Shown here: piece after piece, positions 20,063-29,380 of the stretch
Layout of the letters: each line of letters begins with the position of its first letter
Numbering within the stretch: the stretch's first letter is position 1
DNA from: Holophagales bacterium
Lineage (GTDB): Bacteria > Acidobacteriota > Thermoanaerobaculia > Multivoradales > JAGPDF01
Assembly (NCBI GenBank): GCA_016699405.1
Contig: CP064972.1
Coordinates: 3,464,165 to 3,528,164, forward strand
Reading direction: 5' to 3'
Length of the DNA stretch: 64,000 bases
Notes under the pieces: model-generated
Databases searched by the model: none
What the model saw: the letters and a program-made list of their open reading frames with translations, nothing else
Told to the model about the DNA's origin: nothing
Translations under genes and position numbers: made by a program

Positions 20063-20844
20063 ACAAGCCGGTCTTCAAGAGCACTGCGAAGCGCCCACCG
20101 CTCCCCAGCTACACCGCGGAGTACGCGGCTGGAGCCTCGATCTTCGAGGCCGGCGAGCTGGGGACGGAGATGTACATCGTCCACGAAGGTCGCGTCGAGA
20201 TCCTGGCCAAGGTCCAGGGGACCGAAAAGCAGCTCGCCGTCCTCGAGAAGGGTGACTTCTTCGGCGAGATGGCGTTGCTCGAAGACCAGCCGCGCACGGC
20301 GAGCGCTCGCGCACTCACCGACGTGCAGTTGCTGCAGATCAACGGCTCGACCTTCGACCAGATGCTCCGTTCGAACCCGGAGATCGCCGTCCGGATGATG
20401 CGCAAGCTCTCGCGCCGGTTGCGTGAAACCGACCGCCAGTTGCAAGAGGCCTTGGGACGGACCGGTCAGAGCGGGGAGCTCGAGTTGCCGCCGGCCGAGC
20501 CGGTGGTCGAGAAGCCGTCCGGGCCGCAGCGGATGATCCACGACAAGTCCGGCATCGAGTTCCATTTCTCGAAGGGCTCCGAGACGACCGTCGGCCGGCG
20601 GGACCCCGTCACGGGAATTCACCCGGACATCGACCTGACCCCCGTCGACAACCAGCGGTCGATCAGCCGGCGACATGCCAAGCTCTACAAGCGCGGCAAC
20701 AAGTTCTTCGTCGCCGAGGACCTCGGAACGATGAACGGCACCTTCGTCAACGGCGAGCGGATCGAAACCGGCCAACCGACGGAGATCAAGCCCGGCGACG
20801 AAGTCCGCTTCGGGCTCGTGACCCTCCGTTTCTCCGTCGACTGA
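20059..20844 (+). CDS. Fusion of a cyclic-nucleotide-binding domain and an FHA domain.
   Basis: Start at ATG 20059, overlapping the ldcA stop (ATGA). The N-terminal cNMP-binding fold (FEAGELGTEMYIVHEGRVEI...GDFFGEMALLE) is followed by a C-terminal FHA (TVGRR...SRRHAKL...NGTFVNGERI). Confidence 0.7.
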   Translation: MNKPVFKSTAKRPPLPSYTAEYAAGASIFEAGELGTEMYIVHEGRVEILAKVQGTEKQLAVLEKGDFFGEMALLEDQPRTASARALTDVQLLQINGSTFDQMLRSNPEIAVRMMRKLSRRLRETDRQLQEALGRTGQSGELELPPAEPVVEKPSGPQRMIHDKSGIEFHFSKGSETTVGRRDPVTGIHPDIDLTPVDNQRSISRRHAKLYKRGNKFFVAEDLGTMNGTFVNGERIETGQPTEIKPGDEVRFGLVTLRFSVD

Positions 20845-20847
20845 ACA

Positions 20848-20870
20848 GCGCCGCGGCCAGACCGCGGCGC
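20848..20870 (+). promoter_or_regulatory. Perfect 9-bp GC stem-loop in the 32-nt spacer between the cNMP/FHA gene and recG.
   Basis: GCGCCGCGG-ccaga-CCGCGGCGC. There is no U-tract. It could be a factor-dependent terminator or pause site, or an RNA stability element. Confidence 0.3.
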
Positions 20871-20876
20871 CGCTCC

Positions 20877-22955
20877 ATGCCGAACCTTCGCGCCGACACC
20901 CCGTTGCGCTTCGTCAAAGGGGTCGGACCTCAGCGGGCCCAGGCACTCGCTGCCGCCGGGTACGCCACGGCCGGAGACCTTCTCCTTCATCTACCGACTC
21001 GCTACGACGACTGGAGGGGCCGCCAGGGCGCCGGCGAGGTGCGCGGTCCGGGCCCCTGGACGCTTCTTGCCGAATTGCGCGACGTTCGAACGATTCGCAC
21101 GCGCCGTCGGAACCTGGTGATCGTGCGGGCTCTGGCCTGTGACGACACGGGTGCCATCCCGGTCGTCTGGTTCAACCAGCCCTACCTCGCCACGCGACTG
21201 GCGTCCGGAGAGACGTGGCATCTCCACGGCGCCGCTCGTCCGAGCGAGGGTGGGCGATGGGAGCTGATGAACCCGGCCTGTTCGAATGCCGCCGCTCCGA
21301 CGACGGCAGGCCTTCGTCCGGTCTACCCGGCGGTTCGCGGCATCGGACCGAGCACCATGGGGCGCCTGGTCGAGCGCGTCCTGCCGCTGCTCGAAGGCGA
21401 GGAGTCCGACGGGATTGCCGATCCTCTGCCTCCCGAGTTGCTGCGGCGATATGCGCTGCCGACCCTCCCGGCGGCCCTGTCACGCCTCCATCGTCCTCCC
21501 TCCGATGCGGACGCCCTCGGCCTCGCGGCGCGGACGGAGCCGGCTCGAGCGCGGCTTTGCTACGGGGAGCTGCTCGAGTTCCAACTCGAGCTGGCGACGC
21601 TGCGAGCACGAGATGCCAGCCTGAGCAAACCGCATCGCTATCGAGTGGATGACGCGGTTCGGCAGGTCGCCCGCGCACTGCTTCCTTTCCGACTCACGGC
21701 GGCGCAGAAGCGGGCCCTCCAGGAGATCGTCATCGACCTGCGGCGCCCCTGGCCGATGCTCCGCCTGCTCCAGGGCGACGTCGGGAGCGGCAAGACGATC
21801 GTCGCCGCCCTGGCGCTGGTGGTGGCACTCGAGAGCGGCCTCCAGGGCGCCTTCATGGCGCCGACCGAGCTGCTCGCCGAACAGCACTTCGGCAGTCTTC
21901 AGCGCCTTCTCGGCGCGCGATACCGTCTCGGACTGGTCAGCTCGTCGCGCCGTGATCCCGCGATCCGGAAAGCGCTGGGAAGTGGAGAGATCCATCTGGC
22001 CGTCGGAACGCATGCGCTCATTCAGGAAGAGGTCACCTTCGACCGGCTGGGGCTGGTGGTCATCGACGAGCAGCATCGCTTCGGCGTGGAGCAACGGGTC
22101 GGACTCCAACGCAAGGGGATACACCCGGACGTGCTGGTGATGACCGCGACGCCGATCCCTCGCTCGTTGGCCCTGACCGCCTACGGGGACCTCGAGATCT
22201 CGTCGATCGACGAGCTGCCTCCCGGTCGGACGCCGGTCGCCACCAAGGTCCTCCCCGCCGGCAAGCGGCGCGAGGTCTACCAGTCGCTTCGTGAAGAGCT
22301 TGCCACCGGCGCCCAGGCCTACGTCGTCTTCCCATTGATCGAAGGGAGCGAGGCGATCGCCGCCGAGGCGGTCGGACAGCTCGGCGAGAAGATCCGGGCC
22401 TATCTCGGGTCGGTGCCGACGGCCGTGCTCCACGGACGCCTCGACGCGGTCGAGCGCGAACGGACGATGAAGCGCTTTGCCGCCGGTGAGCTGCGAGTCC
22501 TCTTCGCCACGAGTCTCATCGAAGTGGGCGTCGACGTCCCGGAAGCGACCTTCATGGTGATCGAGAGCGCGGAGCGATTCGGGCTCGCCCAGCTTCACCA
22601 GCTTCGCGGTCGCGTCGGACGCGGCACCCGCGTTTCCCGGTGCGTCGCTCTTCACGGCCGGCTCACCGACGAGGCACGCCGTCGTCTCGAGATCTTCGCT
22701 TCGTCCACCGACGGATTCCGCCTTGCGGAGGCCGATCTCGAGCTGCGGGGTCCGGGCGACCTGCTCGGCACGCGTCAGTCCGGAATGCCCACCTTCCGAC
22801 TCGCTCACCCGTTGCTCGATCGCGAATGGCTCGAGCGAGCCCGTGCCGACGCGCGAGAGCTGGCGGGCCGTCTCGACGAACCGGGCTACGCCGCACTGCG
22901 CCAGCGGCTCCTGCCGCGCCTGGAGGCACGGGCGAAAAGGCTCGCCGGAGGTTGA
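20877..22955 (+). CDS. recG: ATP-dependent DNA helicase RecG.
   Basis: Wedge/OB N-terminus. Helicase motifs (GDVGSGKT, DEQHRFG, TATPIPR). 692 aa. Confidence 0.95.
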   Translation: MPNLRADTPLRFVKGVGPQRAQALAAAGYATAGDLLLHLPTRYDDWRGRQGAGEVRGPGPWTLLAELRDVRTIRTRRRNLVIVRALACDDTGAIPVVWFNQPYLATRLASGETWHLHGAARPSEGGRWELMNPACSNAAAPTTAGLRPVYPAVRGIGPSTMGRLVERVLPLLEGEESDGIADPLPPELLRRYALPTLPAALSRLHRPPSDADALGLAARTEPARARLCYGELLEFQLELATLRARDASLSKPHRYRVDDAVRQVARALLPFRLTAAQKRALQEIVIDLRRPWPMLRLLQGDVGSGKTIVAALALVVALESGLQGAFMAPTELLAEQHFGSLQRLLGARYRLGLVSSSRRDPAIRKALGSGEIHLAVGTHALIQEEVTFDRLGLVVIDEQHRFGVEQRVGLQRKGIHPDVLVMTATPIPRSLALTAYGDLEISSIDELPPGRTPVATKVLPAGKRREVYQSLREELATGAQAYVVFPLIEGSEAIAAEAVGQLGEKIRAYLGSVPTAVLHGRLDAVERERTMKRFAAGELRVLFATSLIEVGVDVPEATFMVIESAERFGLAQLHQLRGRVGRGTRVSRCVALHGRLTDEARRRLEIFASSTDGFRLAEADLELRGPGDLLGTRQSGMPTFRLAHPLLDREWLERARADARELAGRLDEPGYAALRQRLLPRLEARAKRLAGG

Positions 22956-22958
22956 TCG

Positions 22959-24113
22959 ATGAGAGTGCTGCTGATCGCCAACACCTTGCCTCCGGCCGAC
23001 ATCTCGGGTGTCGGCGAGCAGGTCCTGCAACTCGCCGCGGGGCTGCGGGCGCGCGGGCACGAGGTGGAGATCCTGGGCCGCGGACCGCAAGGTGCGCGGG
23101 GTCCCAAGTCACTCTTCCCGCTGACGGTGGTCCCGCCGACCCTGCGACGACTGCGGCAGTTCCGACCGCATGTCGTCCAGGTTCACGAGTCCGATGGCGG
23201 GTTCGCCGCGGCGGCGGTCGCGATCCTCGCTCGCTCCCGCTCCCCGGTACCGCGCCTCGTCGCCCTCCTCCAGGTGAGCTATGTCGAGGAGCTGCGGGCC
23301 GTCCGGCCGCTGCGTTGCGGCAGCTTGGTGCTCGGGCGACCGGGTCGCGTCGAGCGGCGCTTCCGCTGGCTCAAGGCACCGATGCAGATCGCCCTCGGTT
23401 GCCTCAGCGCCTTCCTGGCTGACCTGGTGCTCGCCCCGAGTCGCCGGACGGCGGGGGAGCTCGAACACGACTACGGAGTCTCCGGGGTCGCGGTCCTGCC
23501 GAACGCGACCGGCGGGCTGCCCGTCCCGCCGACCGAGGCGCTTGCGCCGACCCCCGCCGAGGTGGATCTTCTGTTCGTCGGACGACTCCGCTTGCGCAAG
23601 GGGCTGGAGGTTCTGCTTCACGCTCTGGCCGAGCTGGCTCGTCGCGGAATACGGCCCCACCTGCTCGTCGTGGGCGACGGCGAGCACCGCGCGGCGCTCG
23701 AGGAAACGACGCGGCAGCTCGGACTGGGGGAGCAGGTATCGTTCGCCGGCAAGCGCGGCGCCGCCGAAGTGCAGGGGCTGCTGGCCAAGTGCCGGGCCCT
23801 CGTCGTGCCGTCGATCTACGAAGGGATGCCGCTCGTCGTGCTCGAGGCGATGTCGGCGGGGTGTCCCGTGGTCGCCAGCGCGGTGAGCGGGATCCCGGAG
23901 GTCGTGCTCGACGGCGTGACCGGCTGGCTCGTCCCTCCGGAGGACCCCGGGCGTTTGGCGGCAGCCCTGGTCGAAGTGTGGGAGGACGCGAGCGAGGCGC
24001 GGCGTCGCGGATCTGCCGGGAAGAACCGCGTGGAAACGGAATTCACTCCCGCGAAGACGGCGGAGCTCTGGGAGGCCCGCCTCGGAATCCACGCCGACGC
24101 GGAGGAGAATTAG
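22959..24113 (+). CDS. GT4-family glycosyltransferase.
   Basis: GT-B fold, glycosyltransferase group 1. EX7E-like motif near the C-terminus (EGMPLVVLEAMSAGCPVVAS). Confidence 0.8.
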   Translation: MRVLLIANTLPPADISGVGEQVLQLAAGLRARGHEVEILGRGPQGARGPKSLFPLTVVPPTLRRLRQFRPHVVQVHESDGGFAAAAVAILARSRSPVPRLVALLQVSYVEELRAVRPLRCGSLVLGRPGRVERRFRWLKAPMQIALGCLSAFLADLVLAPSRRTAGELEHDYGVSGVAVLPNATGGLPVPPTEALAPTPAEVDLLFVGRLRLRKGLEVLLHALAELARRGIRPHLLVVGDGEHRAALEETTRQLGLGEQVSFAGKRGAAEVQGLLAKCRALVVPSIYEGMPLVVLEAMSAGCPVVASAVSGIPEVVLDGVTGWLVPPEDPGRLAAALVEVWEDASEARRRGSAGKNRVETEFTPAKTAELWEARLGIHADAEEN

Positions 24114-24116
24114 CCG

Positions 24117-24611
24117 ATGTTCGTTCCCGCGATGCTCGTCGTCTCGCTGCTCGCCACCTGCCTGTTCGGGCTCGTCGGAGCCGAGTCGCTGCTCGATCCG
24201 TTGCCGCTCGAGCGGGCCGCCCTCATCCGACACGCCCTCCTCGGAGGCGCTGCCTGCCTGCTGCTGGTGTTGTCGCAGACCTGGTTTGCCATCTATCTCG
24301 CCTCGGTCGGTCGGGCGCTTCGACGCCTCGGGCCGGGAGCTTCCTCCGGGCCGGTTCCCGAGTGGCAGAGTGCCACCACCGCGGCCCGCCGCGGCGCGCT
24401 TCCCTGGACACTGGCGGTGCCGCTCTCGGCCCTCGTGGTCTTTCTGATCGGGGGCGGGGTCTTCTCGGGGTTCTTCACCAAGACCACCCATGGCATCGCC
24501 TTCGGGGTGAGCCTCCTCGTCCAGCTCGCCGCGCTTTGGCTCGAAGGGAGGAGTCTGCTTCGGCACGAGGCGGCCTTTTCCCGCGCCGACGCGTCCACCG
24601 GCGTCCGCTGA
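24117..24611 (+). CDS. Hypothetical membrane protein.
   Basis: 164 aa with ~4 predicted TM helices and no recognisable domain. It is translationally coupled, 3 nt after the glycosyltransferase stop. Confidence 0.45.
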   Translation: MFVPAMLVVSLLATCLFGLVGAESLLDPLPLERAALIRHALLGGAACLLLVLSQTWFAIYLASVGRALRRLGPGASSGPVPEWQSATTAARRGALPWTLAVPLSALVVFLIGGGVFSGFFTKTTHGIAFGVSLLVQLAALWLEGRSLLRHEAAFSRADASTGVR

Positions 24612-24691
24612 GTCGGCGCGGATTGGCCCGCCGCCGTGAGATTGCTAGACTGTGGGATTCCTGGCCGGTACTGGCCGGGGGGAGAGCGGAC

Positions 24692-25708
24692 GTGAGCGAG
24701 CAGCGCAAGGTCGTCCTGTCGGGCATGCGTTCGACCGGCAAGATCCATCTGGGGAACTACTTCGGGGCGGTGCGCAACTGGGTCGAGTTGCAGGACCGCT
24801 TCGATTGCTACTACTTTGCCGCCGACTGGCATGCGCTGACCAGCGACTACGCCGACCCGAGCCAGATCGCCGAGAACACGCTCGAGGCCGTGGCCGACTG
24901 GATCGCGGCGGGGCTCGATCCGCAGAAGTCGGTGATCTTCGTCCAGTCGATGGTGCCCGAGCACGCCGAGCTCCACCTGTTGATGTCGATGCTCACGCCG
25001 CTCGGCTGGCTCGAACGAGTTCCGACCTACAAGGACCAGGTCCGGCAGCTCGAGAACAAGGATCTCGAGACCTACGGTTTCCTCGGCTATCCGCTGCTCC
25101 AGACGGCCGACATCGTCATCTACCGTGCCGACTTCGTGCCGGTGGGCGAGGACCAGGCGAGCCATCTCGAGATCAGCCGGGAGATCGTCCGGCGCTTCAA
25201 CGGACTCTACGGACCGGTGTTCCCCGAGCCGAAGGCGCTGTTCACCCCGACGCCGAAAGTCCCGGGGCTCGACGGGCGCAAGATGTCGAAATCGTACGGG
25301 AATGCGATCGCCTTGGCGGACTCGCCGGATGAGATCCGCCGCAAGTGCATGACGATGGTCACCGACACGACCCGGCTCCGCCGCAAGGACCCGGGCCATC
25401 CCGAGAGCTGCAACCTCTTCGAGTTTCACAAGCTGATGTCGCCGAGCGACGTCGCCGAGCGCGTCGCCCAGCAGTGCCGGGCCGCGGAGATCGGCTGCGT
25501 CGACGACAAGAAGCTGCTGGCCGAACAGATCATCGCCTTCCTCGAGCCGATGCGCCGCCGCCGTGAGGAGCTCGCGGGCGACCGCGGCGCGTTGCTCGAG
25601 TTGCTGGCGAGCGGTTCGCGACGCGCCCGCGAGCGGGCCGTCGAGACGATGGAGCAGGTCCGTTCCGCCATCGGCCTCGACTACCGGCGGTTCGTCCACC
25701 CGCGATGA
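24692..25708 (+). CDS. trpS: Tryptophan--tRNA ligase.
   Basis: Class I aaRS motifs: HIGH-like (TGKIHLGNY) and KMSKS (KMSKSYGN). A GTG start at 24692 was chosen; the upstream part of the ORF-track frame is antisense noise. Confidence 0.9.
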   Translation: MSEQRKVVLSGMRSTGKIHLGNYFGAVRNWVELQDRFDCYYFAADWHALTSDYADPSQIAENTLEAVADWIAAGLDPQKSVIFVQSMVPEHAELHLLMSMLTPLGWLERVPTYKDQVRQLENKDLETYGFLGYPLLQTADIVIYRADFVPVGEDQASHLEISREIVRRFNGLYGPVFPEPKALFTPTPKVPGLDGRKMSKSYGNAIALADSPDEIRRKCMTMVTDTTRLRRKDPGHPESCNLFEFHKLMSPSDVAERVAQQCRAAEIGCVDDKKLLAEQIIAFLEPMRRRREELAGDRGALLELLASGSRRARERAVETMEQVRSAIGLDYRRFVHPR

Positions 25709-26511
25709 GCACCTCGCAACCGCAGGATCCGGGCGCATTGCTCCCTGCCTCCTGGCGGGTACAGTTGCCGATCTTCGAGGGGCCGCTCGACCTTCTGCTG
25801 CACCTGGTTCGCATCAATAAGGTGGAGATCACCGACATCCCGGTGGCGGTGGTCTGCGATCAGTTCCACGAGTACCTCCGGCTGATGGAGGAGCTCGATC
25901 TCGACATTGCCGCGGAGTTCATCTACGAGGCGGCGGTGCTGATCCAGGTCAAGTCGAAGCTCCTGCTGCCGCAAGCGGGAAGACCGGGCGAGGAAGCCCC
26001 GGAGGATCCACGGCACGAGCTCGTTTCGCGGCTGCTCGAGTACCGCCGTCTCAAGGAGGCGGCCCAGGCTCTGGCCGAGGTCGACCGCGTTCGGCAGGGG
26101 ATCTGGACACGAAAGCCGGCGCCGTGGAAGCCGGAGGCCGACCCGGAGGAGACCGACGTGCCGCTCGAAGAGGTCTCGCTCTTCGACCTCATCGGCGCTC
26201 TGCGCACCGTTCTCGAGCGCTACGACAAGGAGCACCCGGAGCCGATTCTCCTGCCGCACGAGCGATTCTCGGTGCGCAGCCAGATCGAACGTCTCCTCGC
26301 GCTTCTCGAAGCGGGCCACCCTTCGGGACTCTTCGATCAGTTGCGCAGCCTGTCGTGCCGCGCCGAAGCGATCGCCATGTTCCTGGCCGTGCTCGAGCTG
26401 GCGCGGCTGAACCTGGTTCGCATCCACCAGGGCGGCGAGGGCAGCGACGTCCTGCTGTTCCGCACCACTCGTGAGCTGCAGCCTGAGGAGCTCGAGGCGA
26501 TTTCCGGATGA
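25705..26511 (+). CDS. scpA: Segregation and condensation protein A.
   Basis: FEGPLDLLLHLVRINKVEITDIPVAVV is a canonical ScpA N-terminus. It overlaps trpS and scpB. Confidence 0.9.
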   Translation: MSTSQPQDPGALLPASWRVQLPIFEGPLDLLLHLVRINKVEITDIPVAVVCDQFHEYLRLMEELDLDIAAEFIYEAAVLIQVKSKLLLPQAGRPGEEAPEDPRHELVSRLLEYRRLKEAAQALAEVDRVRQGIWTRKPAPWKPEADPEETDVPLEEVSLFDLIGALRTVLERYDKEHPEPILLPHERFSVRSQIERLLALLEAGHPSGLFDQLRSLSCRAEAIAMFLAVLELARLNLVRIHQGGEGSDVLLFRTTRELQPEELEAISG

Positions 26512-27158
26512 ACCCACGACACGAGATCGAAGCGGCCCTCGAGGCCATCCTCTTCGTCAGCAACGAGCCGGTGCCGCGCGACCGGCTCCTCGCGCTCTTC
26601 GATGCCGAGGAGCGTGTCGCGGCGACCGCGGCGCTCGCTCGGTTGCAGGCCCGGTACGCGCCGCGCGACCACGCGGGGGTCTGGATCGAGGAGGTTGCGG
26701 GCGGTCTGCGCCTGGTCACGCGACCGGAGCTGCACATCCACCTCCGGCGATTCTTCGAGGCCAGCGGCGGCCACCGGCTTTCCATGGCCGGGCTCGAGAC
26801 GCTCGCCATCATTGCCTATCGCCAGCCGATCACCGGTCCGGAGATCCAGGAACTGCGCGGCAAGTCGTCGGCGAGCGTGATCCGCAGCTTGCTCGAGCGC
26901 CGCCTGGTTCGCATCGCCGGCCGCAAGGAAGTCGTCGGAAGACCCTTCCTCTATGCGACGACCCGAGAGTTCCTGATGCACTTCGGCCTTCGCGACCTCA
27001 AGGAGCTGCCGCCACTCGAGGAATTCGAGGAGACGTTCAGCACCGAGGGTGCGCTGGGAGCTCCCGAGCGGGCGACGGCGACGACGAGTGCGCCGGCTCC
27101 AACGCCAGCCGACGATCCGATGGAGTCCGACTTTTCGCTCGAAGAGGACCTGACATGA
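26508..27158 (+). CDS. scpB: Segregation and condensation protein B.
   Basis: ScpB winged-helix pair (AALEAILFVSNEPV...; ETLAIIAYRQPITGPEIQELRG). Confidence 0.9.
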   Translation: MNPRHEIEAALEAILFVSNEPVPRDRLLALFDAEERVAATAALARLQARYAPRDHAGVWIEEVAGGLRLVTRPELHIHLRRFFEASGGHRLSMAGLETLAIIAYRQPITGPEIQELRGKSSASVIRSLLERRLVRIAGRKEVVGRPFLYATTREFLMHFGLRDLKELPPLEEFEETFSTEGALGAPERATATTSAPAPTPADDPMESDFSLEEDLT

Positions 27159-28588
27159 GCGCCGAACGATTGCAGAAGCTGCTGGCCCGTGCAGGTGTCG
27201 CCTCGCGCCGCAAGGTCGAGGAGCTCATCGTCGAGCAACGGGTCACGGTCAACGGCCGGATCGCCACGCTCGGGGACAAGGCGGATCTCGAGGTCGATTC
27301 GGTCAAGCTCGACGGAAAGCGGATCCGTTTGCCGGATCGGCAGCGCTATCTGCTGATGAACAAGCCGAAGGGCGTGCTGACGACGCTGACCGACGACAAG
27401 GGTCGCCCCACCGTCATCGACCTGATCCCACAGGGTCTGCGCAACGGCCTCTTTCCCGTAGGGCGCCTCGATTTCCAGACCGAGGGACTGCTGGTCCTGA
27501 CCACGGACGGCGAGCTCGCGCAGCGGATCGCGCATCCTCGATTCGGTTGTCGCAAGCTCTACGAGGTGAAGGTCAAGGGTGTTCCCCGCGAAGAGGAGAT
27601 CGAGAAACTCCGGCGCGGTATCGTGATCGACGGTCGGCGCACGCGGCCTGCCTACATCGACCCCCTGCGGCGGACCGCACGAGGGGAGGACGAAGGGAAC
27701 ACCTGGTACGAGGTGCAACTGGGGGAAGGGCGCTCGCGACAGATTCGCGAGATGTTCTTCCGGATCGGACACCCCGTGCAGAAGCTCAAGCGGGTGGCGA
27801 TCGGACCGCTGCGCGATCCGGAGTTGCCCTCGGGCACCTTCCGGACGCTCGACGAGAAGGAGATCGAGGCGCTGCGTACCGCGGGTGCCGACCTGGAGAA
27901 GGGGGCTCGCGGAGCGACGAGAGGCTCGACTCGTCCACCGGCCGAGCGGACCTCGGGGGGGCCGCGGAAACCTGCCGTGCCATCGCGCTCCCGCTCGCCG
28001 CGGACGAGCGCCTCGGCCGCACGCCCCGAGCGCCCTGCGGATCGCCCCCGCCGAGCGGAGCCGGCCCGGCGCTCGACGGCCGCGCCCGGCCGCGCTTCCG
28101 CCGCATCGCCGTTCGGAAGGCGCCGCGAGGCAGCCGACCTCGCCTCGCGTCCGGCGATCGATCGCGACGCTCCGCGAAGTCGGCGGACCGGCAGCCCCGA
28201 TCGCGACACGATGCCGAAGAAGCGCTCGGGCCACGGGCCGCGCCCTGGAGGGGGAACGAAGGACAAGGCGCCGCGGCGTCCGAACGAAGCCCCGTGGAGG
28301 AGGCCGGAAGGCGCCTCCGACCGCCCGGGAAGGCGGCCCGGAGCCAAAGTTGCCGGGCGGGGAGGCGAACGAAAGGAACGACCGACGAGAGCACGGCCGA
28401 AGAGCCCTGCCGGGCGCTCGTCAGTCACCGGCGTGGCGTTCTCGCCGGGGCCTTCGCCCCGCAAGGGCGGCGCAGCCGGGCGCGGCGCCCCCCGGACGCC
28501 TCGGGGTGCGCGGCCAGGCTCTCCGGGTCCGGGACGGGGTAGCACCCCTCGGGGCAGGCGCCCGCCACGCCCGCGGAGCGGACGCTGA
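27155..28588 (+). CDS. rluB: 23S rRNA pseudouridine synthase, RluB family, with a very long Arg/Pro/Gly-rich C-terminal tail.
   Basis: S4 domain (LQKLLARAGVASRRKVEELI) and a RsuA/RluB catalytic core (GRLDFQTEGLLVLTTDGELAQ). This is followed by ~230 aa of low-complexity basic sequence running to 28588. Confidence 0.8.
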   Translation: MSAERLQKLLARAGVASRRKVEELIVEQRVTVNGRIATLGDKADLEVDSVKLDGKRIRLPDRQRYLLMNKPKGVLTTLTDDKGRPTVIDLIPQGLRNGLFPVGRLDFQTEGLLVLTTDGELAQRIAHPRFGCRKLYEVKVKGVPREEEIEKLRRGIVIDGRRTRPAYIDPLRRTARGEDEGNTWYEVQLGEGRSRQIREMFFRIGHPVQKLKRVAIGPLRDPELPSGTFRTLDEKEIEALRTAGADLEKGARGATRGSTRPPAERTSGGPRKPAVPSRSRSPRTSASAARPERPADRPRRAEPARRSTAAPGRASAASPFGRRREAADLASRPAIDRDAPRSRRTGSPDRDTMPKKRSGHGPRPGGGTKDKAPRRPNEAPWRRPEGASDRPGRRPGAKVAGRGGERKERPTRARPKSPAGRSSVTGVAFSPGPSPRKGGAAGRGAPRTPRGARPGSPGPGRGSTPRGRRPPRPRSGR

Positions 28589-28662
28589 CCCGAGCGATCG
28601 GGTCGATCGCGGAATCCTCGCCATCTCGGTCGTCGTCGGCGCGACCCACAGCTTTCGGAGGA

Positions 28663-29376
28663 GTGGTGACGTTCTCAAACGCAGGGGGACCTCTCATCGT
28701 CGCGATCGACGGTCCGTCCGGCGTCGGCAAGAGCACCACGGCGCGCCTGGTCGCTGCCGCCCTGGGCATTCCCTATCTCGACACCGGCGCGATGTACCGG
28801 GCCTTCGGTTGGCTGATCGTCGAGCGGGGAATTCGCGCCGAAGACCGAGACGCCGTCGTCACGGCTCTCGAGTCGGCCCGGCTCGAGTTGGAGAGGGGAG
28901 CCGATGGCGGACTCGAGGTGCTGCTCGACGGCGAGTCGGTCGGCGACCGCATCCGCACCCCGCGGGTCAGCGACGCGACGTCGCGCATCGCCGTCTATCC
29001 GGAGGTGAGAAGTCGTCTGGTGGCCATCCAGCGCGAGTTCGCGCGGCGCGAAGGGGGCGTCCTCGAAGGCCGTGACATCGGGTCGCGCGTGGTGCCGGAA
29101 ACGCCGTTCAAGTTCTTTCTCGACGCGCCGTTGGAGGTGAGGATCGAACGGCGACGGCTGGAGTTGGCGGCCGCCGGCCGGGAGGCCAGCGGCGAGGCCC
29201 TGGCGGCGGAGATCGCCGAACGGGATCGTCGAGACCAGGAGCGATCGGCTTCGCCTCTCGTCTGTACCGCCGAGCACGAGCGCGTCGACACCTCCCTGGG
29301 CGGCGCCGAGGAGGTGGCGACGGCGATCCTCTCCTCGATCTGGCGCCGCCTCCGTCAGGCGAATCCAGAGGGTTGA
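28663..29376 (+). CDS. cmk: Cytidylate kinase.
   Basis: IVAIDGPSGVGKSTTARLVAAALGIPYLDTGAMYRA. GTG start. Confidence 0.9.
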   Translation: MVTFSNAGGPLIVAIDGPSGVGKSTTARLVAAALGIPYLDTGAMYRAFGWLIVERGIRAEDRDAVVTALESARLELERGADGGLEVLLDGESVGDRIRTPRVSDATSRIAVYPEVRSRLVAIQREFARREGGVLEGRDIGSRVVPETPFKFFLDAPLEVRIERRRLELAAAGREASGEALAAEIAERDRRDQERSASPLVCTAEHERVDTSLGGAEEVATAILSSIWRRLRQANPEG

Positions 29377-29380
29377 TCCG

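Noticed and set aside
21480-23090. 536-aa minus-strand ORF.
   Set aside because: Antisense to recG and the GT4 glycosyltransferase.
23789-24691. Upstream part of the 639-aa ORF that contains trpS.
   Set aside because: In a different frame it overlaps the GT4 glycosyltransferase and the small membrane protein. Only the trpS portion, from GTG 24692, has aaRS motifs.
24293-25738. 481-aa minus-strand ORF.
   Set aside because: Antisense to trpS (HIGH/KMSKS motifs are on the plus strand).
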